The notes below the pieces were generated by a model, which was not told the origin of the DNA, did not search any database, and saw only the letters and a program-made list of their open reading frames with translations. From Nanobdellota archaeon (GTDB lineage Archaea > Nanobdellota > Nanobdellia > Pacearchaeales > GW2011-AR1): a stretch of 63,491 nucleotides of DNA. The stretch covers positions 1-63,491 of the forward strand of contig JAHITZ010000032.1 of assembly GCA_018817405.1 (NCBI GenBank), in the 5' to 3' direction. Both the position numbers and the translations under genes were made by a program. Below, in pieces: positions 56,501-63,491 of this stretch (its first letter is position 1; the number at the start of each line of letters is the position of its first letter).

Positions 56501-56596
56501 AAAACTCAATGAGAGAAAGAAAACCAATGCTAGTGCGAGAGATAATAGCATCACCCCATTGTTAAGTTTATATTTTTTCACCACTTTTATAAACAT
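50576..56596 (-). CDS. Giant (2006 aa) Cys/Trp/Asn-rich, C-terminally membrane-anchored surface protein
   Basis: N-terminal signal/TM; many copies of a C.W...WC[ED]E..CW module; CGNGIINTGEECDDGNTEDGDGCSSIC repeat; acidic linker, TM helix, RKRKGY tail. Confidence 0.85.
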   Translation of the reverse strand: MFIKVVKKYKLNNGVMLLSLALALVFFLSLSFVSATNCYLYTSNATGQCDSPNGCIWRSDPWGSWCEELNCWSLWTQDDCTTTSIANKNCTWRGGGTQYYCEEISCWTWDGTSEAICVNNTDDRSCEWRDECFSSGGGNADCWGIGNNQSLCQNTTGCAWGGCMTKSCWDYTSEGEDICNAKKDPWNGRNCVWSNTSSSCIEDSCWSYELYNNITTCNAASHCNWIGSSSTGWCEEIGCWSFDGNQTGCINSNTTDNLDCTWNSGYCIEDNCWTATDSATCGNRTQCIWDSWETSGWCDEVNCWTWDSWSGGSEEACNGNASLYGLSCNWVNMSGGIGWCETDFSNTNCSSYTNEMQCYDSWYCWWQANDWSDPSVGGNCTDPDWSTVDDSGSILNQWNPGCYIFDNNMTECGYVIGCDNSTGVCDTNSTHAYNLSINANGINCTIINSSSLCNSIPALSSCCAWQSGTCTVSEFDASCWSNVDGTPSGEDSCDDATTKSNCDLLAGTPWYWPCKWDNSTSPTKCTIKTSDIWGNNTQSLVTIENKKTCEAIGGKWITENYCAGNISVPTGRCEHKFDDETNCNKACFACESKSDGSAHNSTDAAREACYASLLGFCEFTEDSNATNGYGKCRAKTEFTTGVAETCGTANCGACTFMGDPSGANGTKTPESWCKDYPTACKWEDDNSTTTGGYCLGKDAETCKDACDRCETQSTCTNDGRTNVANQSGSCKWQGGDSDGSCVANIAGDVEICWNGEDDDSDSLIDCADPGCYADSFCGMVSGDCFVWNTEDTCNVDSNCEWVSDGWGSWCDFRGSQCWRYDGSETTCRSITQVNESLNITLARSLIGNQINEVYTLTLAYPGAGWVNGSVNITNVTGGLLIGNYTVDYTRQTINFTNSSVMVDMIWNYTNVSYQYYKNESQFCEWQAGSGSGWCEQDWSIAEVCFGYSSESGCNNQSGSGCAWSNDTWCSTGGNGTDWCDNYGGWCDHSSFVMQDCWQYSSNSSCNVTGCSWRTDEWSQPHCEVNWTDSMDCWGYGSSNCTAANGCWWNSNNNWCGSLYDECWNVWTESECDSASVECTWQTYGGGDGNCQPACFNETMSNSGTACEAVSGCVWMADPGWCEEQQSATCWNSTNSNNQTNCDADSVCRWRNDGWCNPKDGFNTGAMAGGGGIGGECWRYDGNQSYCTNSTIINISCSWFSESSPWCEVDWNAGGDCWQYASDADGCNVTNGCWFKSDDWGSYCTNIMDQCWSNTTLQTDASACNNNSYCNSTTWGSCEPTCFSATTQATCGSGCRWLTGWCNPTGMMGMFDEMETGAPTPIGIDGCGTESISQASVDICGFGMKDMGDTYGFGTRVYNFENSSVCNRIKISSFVMDMEGGGGGEEGGPTALEKTGDGNETVKYIVYLDTDGSIVDGCAIESLSGSEGYEFKLRYSSVWDNNNSKATETFTSYKCDNSKWKVADIKTNSWKQKMCNEIGGPMIAIEKGELSRFPTLYSSTGDMRVYVVTIGDTGDITTPTDSAGPAWATPGAVDFELTGALEFGANTAKFEKILQKGFVGYEDCYNGVDDDENGAVDCADWACEFNTYCVANSLGTNNGSFGDTTMPVIKGVRVEEYPDAALLMFESSKPVNGTLKFYGNDSTCKTLNKSVYDVGIRKNNTVREFKLWQQIALYDDGATSLVTALDASTDYYYKLRICDSNNKCSLSKCSKFRTTTTSTCGYCNFVLRLKEPSAWNVSYDADSDGTYEHSQGQVCGVNAGMKINYTDARAMNIKLSRNDGTIYFEFLNVSVSKTGLNDKVRTLTTADDNIIGTSTLVGLNSESRDKIINNLHPEVCRIKVPFTGTCDTLYHCNDAGTSCTDRTSSATLKDATNCVWEVPFCEFSTYYEFTAGADGGVIGGGSSGGGGLVELCGNGIINTGEECDDGNTEDGDGCSSICEDEEEEGEEEGTGPVTGRAADEGEAAGEGEGLLGLGKTGGTILFVVLGVVVIAAIVVGIYFGIRKRKGY

Positions 56597-56654
56597 CTAT
56601 TACAATTTATATACTAATAACTTCCTTATAAACTTTTCGCATGACTCGACGGGT

Positions 56655-59117
56655 TTATTCAACAAAAATCCCAGGCCGACCAGGCTTCACTTTCTTAGAT
56701 TTATTTTCAGGATCATATTTCTTTTTATCATTCACTGCAAAAACATTCACATCTTTCCCAACTCTTTTCGCAATTTCCTCTGCCGAGTAGTTCTCTAATT
56801 CATTAGGCAAAACATAAACATACACCAGCTCACCTTTAGAAACAATCTTCAAAATATTTAAAATATCAGCAACTGTTCTCTCAACAGCTTTTTCAGCCTT
56901 ATCAAATTTTTCATTTATCTTCTTCTCATTACACTTGGGCCAATCTGATAAAGAAACAAATCCTTTTCCTCCAATCCTTGACCAAAGTTCCTCTCCGACG
57001 TGAGGACAAAACACAGAAAATAACTTAACAAAACTCTCCAAGTCTTTCTTCGCCATCTCGCCCTCCAAACTTCCAAACAACCCTCTCAACTTAATTACAG
57101 CCAGATTATACTTAAGATTTTCAATGTCTTCGGTTATTTCCTTCACCCCCTTATTAACTTTATGCTCCACTTTTGCCGAAGATTTCCCTGCATTCCATTT
57201 AGAAGCATAATCAATCACTTTCTCAATAAGCTTTAGAATTCCTTCTGCTCCTTTGTCGCTCCAGTCCCGGTTTTTATCAGGGCCCCCTGTTGAGACCAAG
57301 AATAATCGCACACTATCAACGCCAAATTTTTCACTAACAACCTCTGGCATAACAACATTACCTCTTGACTTTGACATTTTCTCCCCACCTGGGCCGTGGA
57401 CCATGCCCTGATTAAACAACTTCACAGCAGGCTCGTCAAAATCCAACAAACCAATATCTCTCAAAAATTTAGTGTAAAACCTGCAATAAATAAGATGTCC
57501 TGTTGCATGTTCTCTTCCTCCGATGTATATATCAATGGGCATCAAGTGTTTTATTTTCTTCTTGTCAAAAATCGCCTTCTCATTCTTGGCATCACAATAT
57601 CTCAAAAAATACCACGACGAATTTACAAAAGTGTCCATTGTGTCTGTTTCTCTTCTTGCTTTGCCCTTGCATTTTGGGCATTTCACATCCATAAATTTAC
57701 TACAACCAATTAAGGGATTTTTCTTGCTTGTGAATTTAATATTATCTGGGAGTTTGACAGGTAAATCCTTCTCAGGCACACCTTGAATTCCACACCCATC
57801 ACAGTATATAATAGGAATCGGAGTTCCCCAGAATCTTTGACGGGAAATTAGCCAGTCTCTGAGTTTGTAATTGATGGTTTTCTTACCCCACTTATTTTTC
57901 TCAATCCAATTAGCCATTTTAGGCAAGGCTTCACGATTATTCATTCCGCTAAATTCTCCCGAGTTGAACAAGATTCCGTCATTTACAAATGCGTAATCCT
58001 CTCTCATTGCGTCCAACTCTTCCCCATCTTCACTTATAACAAACTTCAATGGAATATCATATTTTCTAGCAAATCTAAAATCTCTTTTGTCGTGAGCATC
58101 ACACATAACAACACCAGAGCCATACATTAAAGCAAAATTAGCAACATAAATCGGGACCTTTTCATTATTAACAGGATTGATTGCATATCTCCCAGTAAAT
58201 ATTCCTTCTTTTTCCTTTTCCTCGTTAATTCGGTCAGCAAACGACTCCTTCGCAAGTCTTTGAGAAAATTCCTTAACTTCTTTTTCCCTATCACTCCCTT
58301 CAACTAACTCGTTAACAAGCGGGCTTTCTGGAGCAACTGCTAAAAAGGTAACACTAAAGATTGTGTCGCATCTTGTTGTGTAGGTAGAAAGGATTTTTTC
58401 TGAGTCTTCCAACTTAAAATAAATATCAGTTCCCTGGCTCTTCCCAATCCAATTCTTCTGCATCGCCTTAATATCCTCTGGCCAGTCTTTCAGTTTTTCA
58501 ATATCTTCATACAGCTCATCAGCATACTTAGTTATTTTTAAAAACCATTGGTCAAGGTGCTTTATCTCGACTTCTGTGTCCTCGTGCAGATAACACCTGC
58601 CATCTTTAACCTGCTCATTCGCAAGAACTGTATTGCATTGGGAACACCAATTTACAGGAGCTTCTTTCTTGTACGCAAGGCCTTTCTCAAACATCTTCAA
58701 AAAAATCCACTGGTCCCATTTGTAAAAATCTGGTTTATGGCATTCCACCATCCTGCTCCAGTCATAGCTCAAGCCAAGGTTTTTCTGTTGCTTGATGTAA
58801 TTCTTTATTGCATCTTCAGTAAATTTCTTTGGATGTGATTTACCTCTGATCGCAGCATTTTCCGCAGGCAAACCAAAAGAGTCATAACCCATTGGGTAGA
58901 GAACATTGAATCCTTGCATTCGTTTAAAACGGGCGTAAATGTCTCCTATCGTATAATTGAAGGCATGGCCAATATGCAAACCAGACGCCGAAGGATAAGG
59001 GTACATTTCAAGAACATAATACTTCTCCTTCTTCCCACCTTCCTTAACCTCAAAAGCTTTAGACTTTTCCCACTTTGACTGCCATTTCTTTTCTATCTTT
59101 GCAAAGTTTATTTTCAT
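56655..59117 (-). CDS. leuS: Leucyl-tRNA synthetase, bacterial-type architecture
   Basis: 820 aa; YPYPSASGLHIGH, FGLPAENAA, KMSKS; collinear by eye with the bacterial LeuS N-terminus. Confidence 0.95.
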   Translation of the reverse strand: MKINFAKIEKKWQSKWEKSKAFEVKEGGKKEKYYVLEMYPYPSASGLHIGHAFNYTIGDIYARFKRMQGFNVLYPMGYDSFGLPAENAAIRGKSHPKKFTEDAIKNYIKQQKNLGLSYDWSRMVECHKPDFYKWDQWIFLKMFEKGLAYKKEAPVNWCSQCNTVLANEQVKDGRCYLHEDTEVEIKHLDQWFLKITKYADELYEDIEKLKDWPEDIKAMQKNWIGKSQGTDIYFKLEDSEKILSTYTTRCDTIFSVTFLAVAPESPLVNELVEGSDREKEVKEFSQRLAKESFADRINEEKEKEGIFTGRYAINPVNNEKVPIYVANFALMYGSGVVMCDAHDKRDFRFARKYDIPLKFVISEDGEELDAMREDYAFVNDGILFNSGEFSGMNNREALPKMANWIEKNKWGKKTINYKLRDWLISRQRFWGTPIPIIYCDGCGIQGVPEKDLPVKLPDNIKFTSKKNPLIGCSKFMDVKCPKCKGKARRETDTMDTFVNSSWYFLRYCDAKNEKAIFDKKKIKHLMPIDIYIGGREHATGHLIYCRFYTKFLRDIGLLDFDEPAVKLFNQGMVHGPGGEKMSKSRGNVVMPEVVSEKFGVDSVRLFLVSTGGPDKNRDWSDKGAEGILKLIEKVIDYASKWNAGKSSAKVEHKVNKGVKEITEDIENLKYNLAVIKLRGLFGSLEGEMAKKDLESFVKLFSVFCPHVGEELWSRIGGKGFVSLSDWPKCNEKKINEKFDKAEKAVERTVADILNILKIVSKGELVYVYVLPNELENYSAEEIAKRVGKDVNVFAVNDKKKYDPENKSKKVKPGRPGIFVE

Positions 59118-59210
59118 GAATGAAAAAGAAAGAGGAGGGATTTAAAGTTTACTGCTTTCGCTCCAACACACATATCACAAAATAGTCATCCACAACCCCT
59201 CCTTTTCCGT

Positions 59211-59444
59211 CTAATTATTTTTCTCTTCTATTTTCTTCACTCGCTTCTTCAACTCCTTAATCTCAGCAAGAATCTCCTCATGCTTCTCCCCGAATTTAGA
59301 ATCCATTGACTTAACAAAATCATTCAAATAAGCATTAAACAAAGTTGAAAGTTTCCCACCAAACAAATCAAGCTTCTTCCGTACCTTTTTCAACAACCTT
59401 GCATCAACTGTTACATTAACTCTCTTTCTTTTCATTGTACACAC
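59211..59444 (-). CDS. Ribbon-helix-helix-like small protein with coiled-coil tail
   Basis: KRVNVTVDARLLKKV strand-helix pattern. Confidence 0.45.
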   Translation of the reverse strand: MCTMKRKRVNVTVDARLLKKVRKKLDLFGGKLSTLFNAYLNDFVKSMDSKFGEKHEEILAEIKELKKRVKKIEEKNN

Positions 59445-59508
59445 AAATACACACCTTAGTATAAAAATCTTTCGCCACAGTTAACTTTAAATACCTTCAA
59501 TAAAACAA

Positions 59509-59889
59509 TTGTTCATGCACAAACTAAGCAAAACAAAATTAAAGTCCCGCACTAAGAAAAAAACAAATCCTGTTTTAGTTGAAACCCTCAACGCTGCAAT
59601 AAAAAACCCCTCATGGAAAGAAGTTTCAAAGTTACTATCAACACCAACTAGAAGATACTCTTCAGTAAACCTGTTCGAAATAGACAAACAAACAAAAGCA
59701 GGCGACACAGTTATCATACCAGGTAAAGTCCTTAGCAAAGGCGAGATGACAAAAAAAGTCAGAATCTGCGCTCTTTCAATATCAGAAAAAGCAAAAGAAA
59801 AATTAAAACCAACAAAATCAGAAATTGTTTCAATCCTTGAGGAGATAACTAAAAACAAAAAAGCAGAGGGGATTAAAATAATTAAGTAA
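59509..59889 (+). CDS. rpl18e: 50S ribosomal protein L18e
   Basis: TNPVLVETL.......W..V...L..P.R....VN...I......G....IPGKVL pattern. Confidence 0.8.
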   Translation: MFMHKLSKTKLKSRTKKKTNPVLVETLNAAIKNPSWKEVSKLLSTPTRRYSSVNLFEIDKQTKAGDTVIIPGKVLSKGEMTKKVRICALSISEKAKEKLKPTKSEIVSILEEITKNKKAEGIKIIK

Positions 59890-59890
59890 A

Positions 59891-60295
59891 ATGCCCTCAC
59901 AAATAATCATCGACGCAACCGACGGAATAATGGGTAGAATCGCAAGCTTCGCGGCAAAACAGTCCCTTTTAGGAAAAGAAGTAGTAATTGTTAATTGCAA
60001 TCAAACTCTAATAACTGGCAGACCAAGAACAGCAATCACAAACTATCAGCAAAAACGCTCCAGAGGTGGCTCAAGCTTGAAAGGACCGCATTTTCCAAAA
60101 TCCCCAGAAAGAATAATGAAAAGAACAGTCAAAGGGATGCTCTCGCATAGACAAGCCCGTGGCCGCGACGCTTTGAAAAGAGTGATCTGCTACAACAAAG
60201 TCCCGGCAGAATTTGAAAACGCAGAAAAAATCTCACTGAAAAGAGAAATCAAAGTAAAAGCCCTCACACTCAAAAAATTAAGTGAGGAATTGTAA
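59891..60295 (+). CDS. rpl13: 50S ribosomal protein L13
   Basis: IIDATDGIMGRIAS.AAK.LL.G..V.IVN; TAA-A-ATG junction with rpl18e. Confidence 0.9.
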   Translation: MPSQIIIDATDGIMGRIASFAAKQSLLGKEVVIVNCNQTLITGRPRTAITNYQQKRSRGGSSLKGPHFPKSPERIMKRTVKGMLSHRQARGRDALKRVICYNKVPAEFENAEKISLKREIKVKALTLKKLSEEL

Positions 60296-60302
60296 AATTA
60301 AA

Positions 60303-60731
60303 ATGACAAAACCAAAAACTCCTTCAATAGAAAAAACAATTTTTTCAGGAAAAAGAAAAACAGCAGTAGCTAAATTAAAAATTAAACAAGGAAATGGAAA
60401 AATCTTTTTTAATTATCTCTCGCACACAGAACTCGGCCTTTTCCACAAACTTGCTCTTTCCGAACCATTAAGAATTTACCAGCAAGTTCTCGGCGAAGAG
60501 CCAAAATTTGATTTCCACATAAAAACCCGGGGAGGAGGAAGAGAATCCCAAATTCAGGCAGCAAGATTAGGAATTGCACGCGCATTGCTTGAAATAACTG
60601 GCTCAGATGTTTTGAAAAAAGCTTATGTAAAATACGACAGAAATATGGTTGTCCAAGATTTTAGAAGAAAAGAAGTTTGCAAACCCGGCGACAGCAAAGC
60701 AAGAGCAAAAAGGCAGAAGAGCTTCCGTTAA
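60303..60731 (+). CDS. rps9: 30S ribosomal protein S9
   Basis: Start at MTKPK; GKRKTAVA...GG....Q..A...GIARAL...D.R..E.KK.G...AR...Q.S.R. Confidence 0.9.
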   Translation: MTKPKTPSIEKTIFSGKRKTAVAKLKIKQGNGKIFFNYLSHTELGLFHKLALSEPLRIYQQVLGEEPKFDFHIKTRGGGRESQIQAARLGIARALLEITGSDVLKKAYVKYDRNMVVQDFRRKEVCKPGDSKARAKRQKSFR

Positions 60732-60975
60732 AATTAAATAATAAATACAATCTCAATTTGCACAGACCAACGACTACTGATTGTCTCATTAAAGTATTAC
60801 ACCAACCCAACCACCAAACATTTTCCGCATAATTATTATCTTGATAAATCTTGTGAGCGTGGTGAACATTTAACATCTGGGCTATTTTCAGTTGTATCTT
60901 GCAAACTAATTTCTCCATACTAAATAATAGTCCTCCACAACAAAACTTAAGAAACCATTTCTGCAAGAAAAACAA

Positions 60976-61323
60976 ATGCCAAAAGTATTAAGGTCAAACC
61001 AAGTCCCCATAGATGTAAGCAGGATTAAAGGAAATATTAGGGGAAATTGTAGACTTCCAGAAGAACTAAAATTAGAACTTTTAGACTGGTATGAGAAACT
61101 TTCTAAAAGAGGAAGAGAAACCATGAAAAGCCACGGCATCTCTCGTTACGAAGTGGTTCTCAAAACAAGACAACTTGACTTTTACCCATACAGAATAATT
61201 CAAACAAGCACAAAAAGACAAGCAGAAAGAACCCACGACAAAGCTCTAAGAAAAATGCAACAAAGCCAATACACCTTACATTTAATCAGCGAAATAGAAA
61301 AAAGATTAGAGTTTGAGGATTAA
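60976..61323 (+). CDS. Hypothetical basic protein, 115 aa
   Basis: ORF; its stop codon abuts repeat B copy 3. Confidence 0.4.
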   Translation: MPKVLRSNQVPIDVSRIKGNIRGNCRLPEELKLELLDWYEKLSKRGRETMKSHGISRYEVVLKTRQLDFYPYRIIQTSTKRQAERTHDKALRKMQQSQYTLHLISEIEKRLEFED

Positions 61324-61400
61324 TTATTCATTTTCTTTTTGGGGTGTGATACCCCGCGGTCTTGCCAAGGGGATAGCGAATTTTAGCGATTTCTTTATAT
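61324..61400 (-). repeat. Repeat family B, copy 3 (short form, inverted)
   Basis: The reverse complement matches the two ends of the long form; the interior between the two GGCAAGAC motifs is missing. Confidence 0.75.
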
Positions 61401-61762
61401 TTGTAATTCAATCCAAAACCCTAATTATTCATCAAAACAGAACAAGTATGATACAAATTAACTCTTTATATGTGCATCGTTAACAGGAGTTTGTCATCAC
61501 TTTTCAACTCCGAACGAGATTTATCTATTAATTTTATAGGTGTATGCAATATTTTTGTGCATCTTATCAATAAACTTCAGAGAACCTCAATCAACAAAAC
61601 CTTTTCAAAAACCTCTTCCTCAAATACAACGCAAACATCCCAAAAAAGCACACAATGCAACATAATCGGGCGTTAATCCAAATTCATGATGTCCACGCTT
61701 ATTCATTCTACAATCCCCCACCATTCAACCTCCCCACCCAGCCATTCTCAAAACCCTCGAGC

Positions 61763-62605
61763 CTATTCACTTTTCCCACTATCTTCCTTAAACAAACCAT
61801 CAAATGGATTCGCAACTTTCTTCAACTGTTCAGAAGAGATATGAGTATAAACTTGAGTTGTGTTTAATGATGCGTGGCCCAACATCACCTGAATAAGACG
61901 AATGTCAACACCCTGCTCAAGCAAATGCGTGGCAAAACTATGCCTTAATGTGTGGGGCGTTGTTTTCTTCGTAATGCCTGCGCGCTCTTTAGTTCCTTTA
62001 ATAATTTTTTGTATATTCCTCGTCGTCAGAGGCTTTGTCTTGGAAAAAACATACTCATTTTCCTTTCCTCTTGTATCAAAGTAATCTTTCAGCTCTTCAG
62101 AAAGATTTTCAGACATAACAAATAATCTGTCTTTGTTTCCTTTTCCCCTTCTCACCCATCCTGTTTTTTCGTCTAAATTCAAATCAGAAACCTTCAGATT
62201 AACAAGCTCAGAAACCCTCAAACCAGTAGAATACAATAACGAAACAATCAACCGCGACTTTATGGTGTCAGTAGACTCAATCAAGTTCCTGACTTCGCTC
62301 TTCGTTAAAACTTCTGGAAGTTTTTTTTCTTTCTTCGGCAGTGGAATGCCCTCAAAATCTTTTTTCAAAACTTCTTTAAAGAAAAACTTCAACGAAGCAC
62401 CGGCAAGCATGATTGTGTTCTTGGATTTTGTGTCAAACATCTCAGAAAGATAAGCCTTAACATCTTCCTTGTCTAATTCTTTTTCTTTTTTGTTTGTTTT
62501 TTTTAAAAATTTATTGACGAAAAAAGTATAGTTACGAACGGTCAACGGAGAAAACCCCCGAATTTTCAACTCTGCTTTTAATTTTTCTAATAACTCCATT
62601 AGCAC
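61763..62605 (-). CDS. xerA: Tyrosine recombinase, XerA/XerC/XerD-like
   Basis: 280 aa; GLRVSE, HTLRHSFATHLL, LGHASLNTTQVYTH. Confidence 0.85.
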   Translation of the reverse strand: MLMELLEKLKAELKIRGFSPLTVRNYTFFVNKFLKKTNKKEKELDKEDVKAYLSEMFDTKSKNTIMLAGASLKFFFKEVLKKDFEGIPLPKKEKKLPEVLTKSEVRNLIESTDTIKSRLIVSLLYSTGLRVSELVNLKVSDLNLDEKTGWVRRGKGNKDRLFVMSENLSEELKDYFDTRGKENEYVFSKTKPLTTRNIQKIIKGTKERAGITKKTTPHTLRHSFATHLLEQGVDIRLIQVMLGHASLNTTQVYTHISSEQLKKVANPFDGLFKEDSGKSE

Positions 62606-62794
62606 CTCTTTAGCATTCTGAATTAAAACGAACCTCTATTTAAAAGTTGTTGCTCTGGCTTATACAACATTATTACATGAGTATTTATATAGTGAACAAA
62701 CTAAATTCTTCAGTTGGTTTAGTATTAGCGGAGTAATTAAATTCGCCGAAAGATTTAATTGGTCTGCTATATACCTAGCACCACTCACAAAACA

Positions 62795-62956
62795 ATGGAA
62801 GAAGACTACAAATTAAAAATGGCAATCATCGCAGGGGCTTCGCACGCCCTAAAATTCAAAGAAAAAAACCCGCACGCAACAGAGCAGGAAGTCCTGCAGC
62901 ACATTACAGAAAAAACAAATGAAATTCTTTCTAAGATTGAAGATGAAGATGATTAA
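62795..62956 (+). CDS. Small hypothetical protein (start at the internal ATG)
   Basis: 53-aa ORF, helical and acidic. Confidence 0.3.
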   Translation: MEEDYKLKMAIIAGASHALKFKEKNPHATEQEVLQHITEKTNEILSKIEDEDD

Positions 62957-63015
62957 TTGAGTAATTAAAAAAATAAACAAAACCCTTTTATACCCTCTTT
63001 AATCTTTATTTAAGT

Positions 63016-63146
63016 GCGGGAGTTCCAGAGTGGTCAAATGGGCAGGACTTAAGACGTCTGTCGTTCATCAGAGCGATATAAGATAGGATTTCGTAAGAGA
63101 TCCTGTGTGCTTAGTGCCTTCGGAGGTTCGAATCCTCCCTCCCGCA
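63016..63146 (+). tRNA. tRNA-Leu (UAA) with a 46-nt intron (about 63054-63099)
   Basis: Acceptor GCGGGAG/CTCCCGC; anticodon stem CAGGA/TCCTG restored after intron removal; loop CTTAAGA; long variable arm; T loop TTCGAAT. Confidence 0.8.
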
Positions 63147-63297
63147 TTTATGTCTTCTCCGAAGACATATCAATTCGCGGTAGCGAATTGTGCCTACGGC
63201 AAACAAGACGAGCAAAGCGAGTTCTATTGTAGTCTTTTGATGCGTACAACTTTTCTTCTAGAAAAGTCGTACTTCGTGATCCTCCCTCCCGCATTTA
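63147..63297 (+). mobile_element. Hairpin-rich mini-insert of about 130 nt, bounded by a 19-nt duplication of the tRNA-Leu 3' end
   Basis: ATCCTCCCTCCCGCATTTA at 63132-63150 and 63279-63297; interior hairpins ATGTCTTC/GAAGACAT, CAATTCGC/GCGAATTG, ACTTTTC/GAAAAGT. Confidence 0.6.
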
Positions 63298-63491
63298 GGA
63301 TTCGAACAGCGGGAAAGGTTCGAAAAGCAAAGACGCAAGAGCGGCTACTTGTTAAAGTCCCGCAAGAAATCCCGTTGCTTTAGCTGTGGGATGAATTGCG
63401 GCAATCTTTTTCTATTTTTATGAATATAAAAAAATGAGCGAGTCGTCGCTCATTGTGTTTACAAACAGGGTGAGAACTGACTTGTTCTAAA

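Noticed and set aside
60661-61139. Minus-strand ORFs 60661-60975 and 60906-61139
   Set aside because: They overlap the rps9 3' end and the plus-strand ORF 60976-61323. The products are Cys/Leu/Phe-rich and implausible.
63105-63383. 92-aa ORF across the tRNA-Leu 3' end and the hairpin insert
   Set aside because: It overlaps the tRNA and repeat DNA; no coding signature.

Overview
AT-rich archaeal chromosome segment, most consistent with a small-genome DPANN-type archaeon. It carries archaeal EF-2, RpoH-RpoB-RpoA, NusA-S12-S7, S13-S4-S11-RpoD, L21e-RpoF-DUF655 and L18e-L13-S9. These are mixed with bacterial-type modules: GroES/GroEL, NrdR, bacterial-type LeuRS, DisA, a DsbA-like protein, Fic and RelE. 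There are four tRNA genes, three with introns (one about 95 nt). I saw no rRNA and no CRISPR array. Surface proteins include a 2006-aa Cys/Trp-rich membrane-anchored giant protein and a 758-aa LamG/cadherin-like/CARDB-like secreted protein. The most unusual signal is a set of about 15 small ORFs (75-146 aa). Their amino-acid composition is unlike the K/I/N/E-rich host proteins, and I recognise no family for them. They sit on the same strand as their neighbours and are translationally coupled inside operons that are otherwise contiguous almost everywhere: three between rps12 and rps7, one on each side of rps4, two upstream of rps13, one between rpl21e and rpoF, and one between groES and groEL. 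Some share short motifs, in one clear case in swapped order. Other signals: (1) three families of hairpin-rich short repeats, one inserted at a tRNA-Leu 3' end with a 19-nt duplication next to a Xer-like recombinase, and one with an inverted pair 20 kb apart abutting truncated ORFs; (2) a GC-rich, structured-RNA-like duplicated segment flanking a pilin-like ORF enclosed by nested 14-bp inverted repeats; (3) iteron triplets flanking fic; (4) an unsplit rpoA; (5) an MTAP-APRT fusion; (6) a perfect 75-nt tandem duplication in an N-terminal extension of S11; (7) a P-type ATPase gene fragment. All calls were made by eye from the sequence and ORF track. No searches were run, and RNA and repeat coordinates may be off by a few nt.
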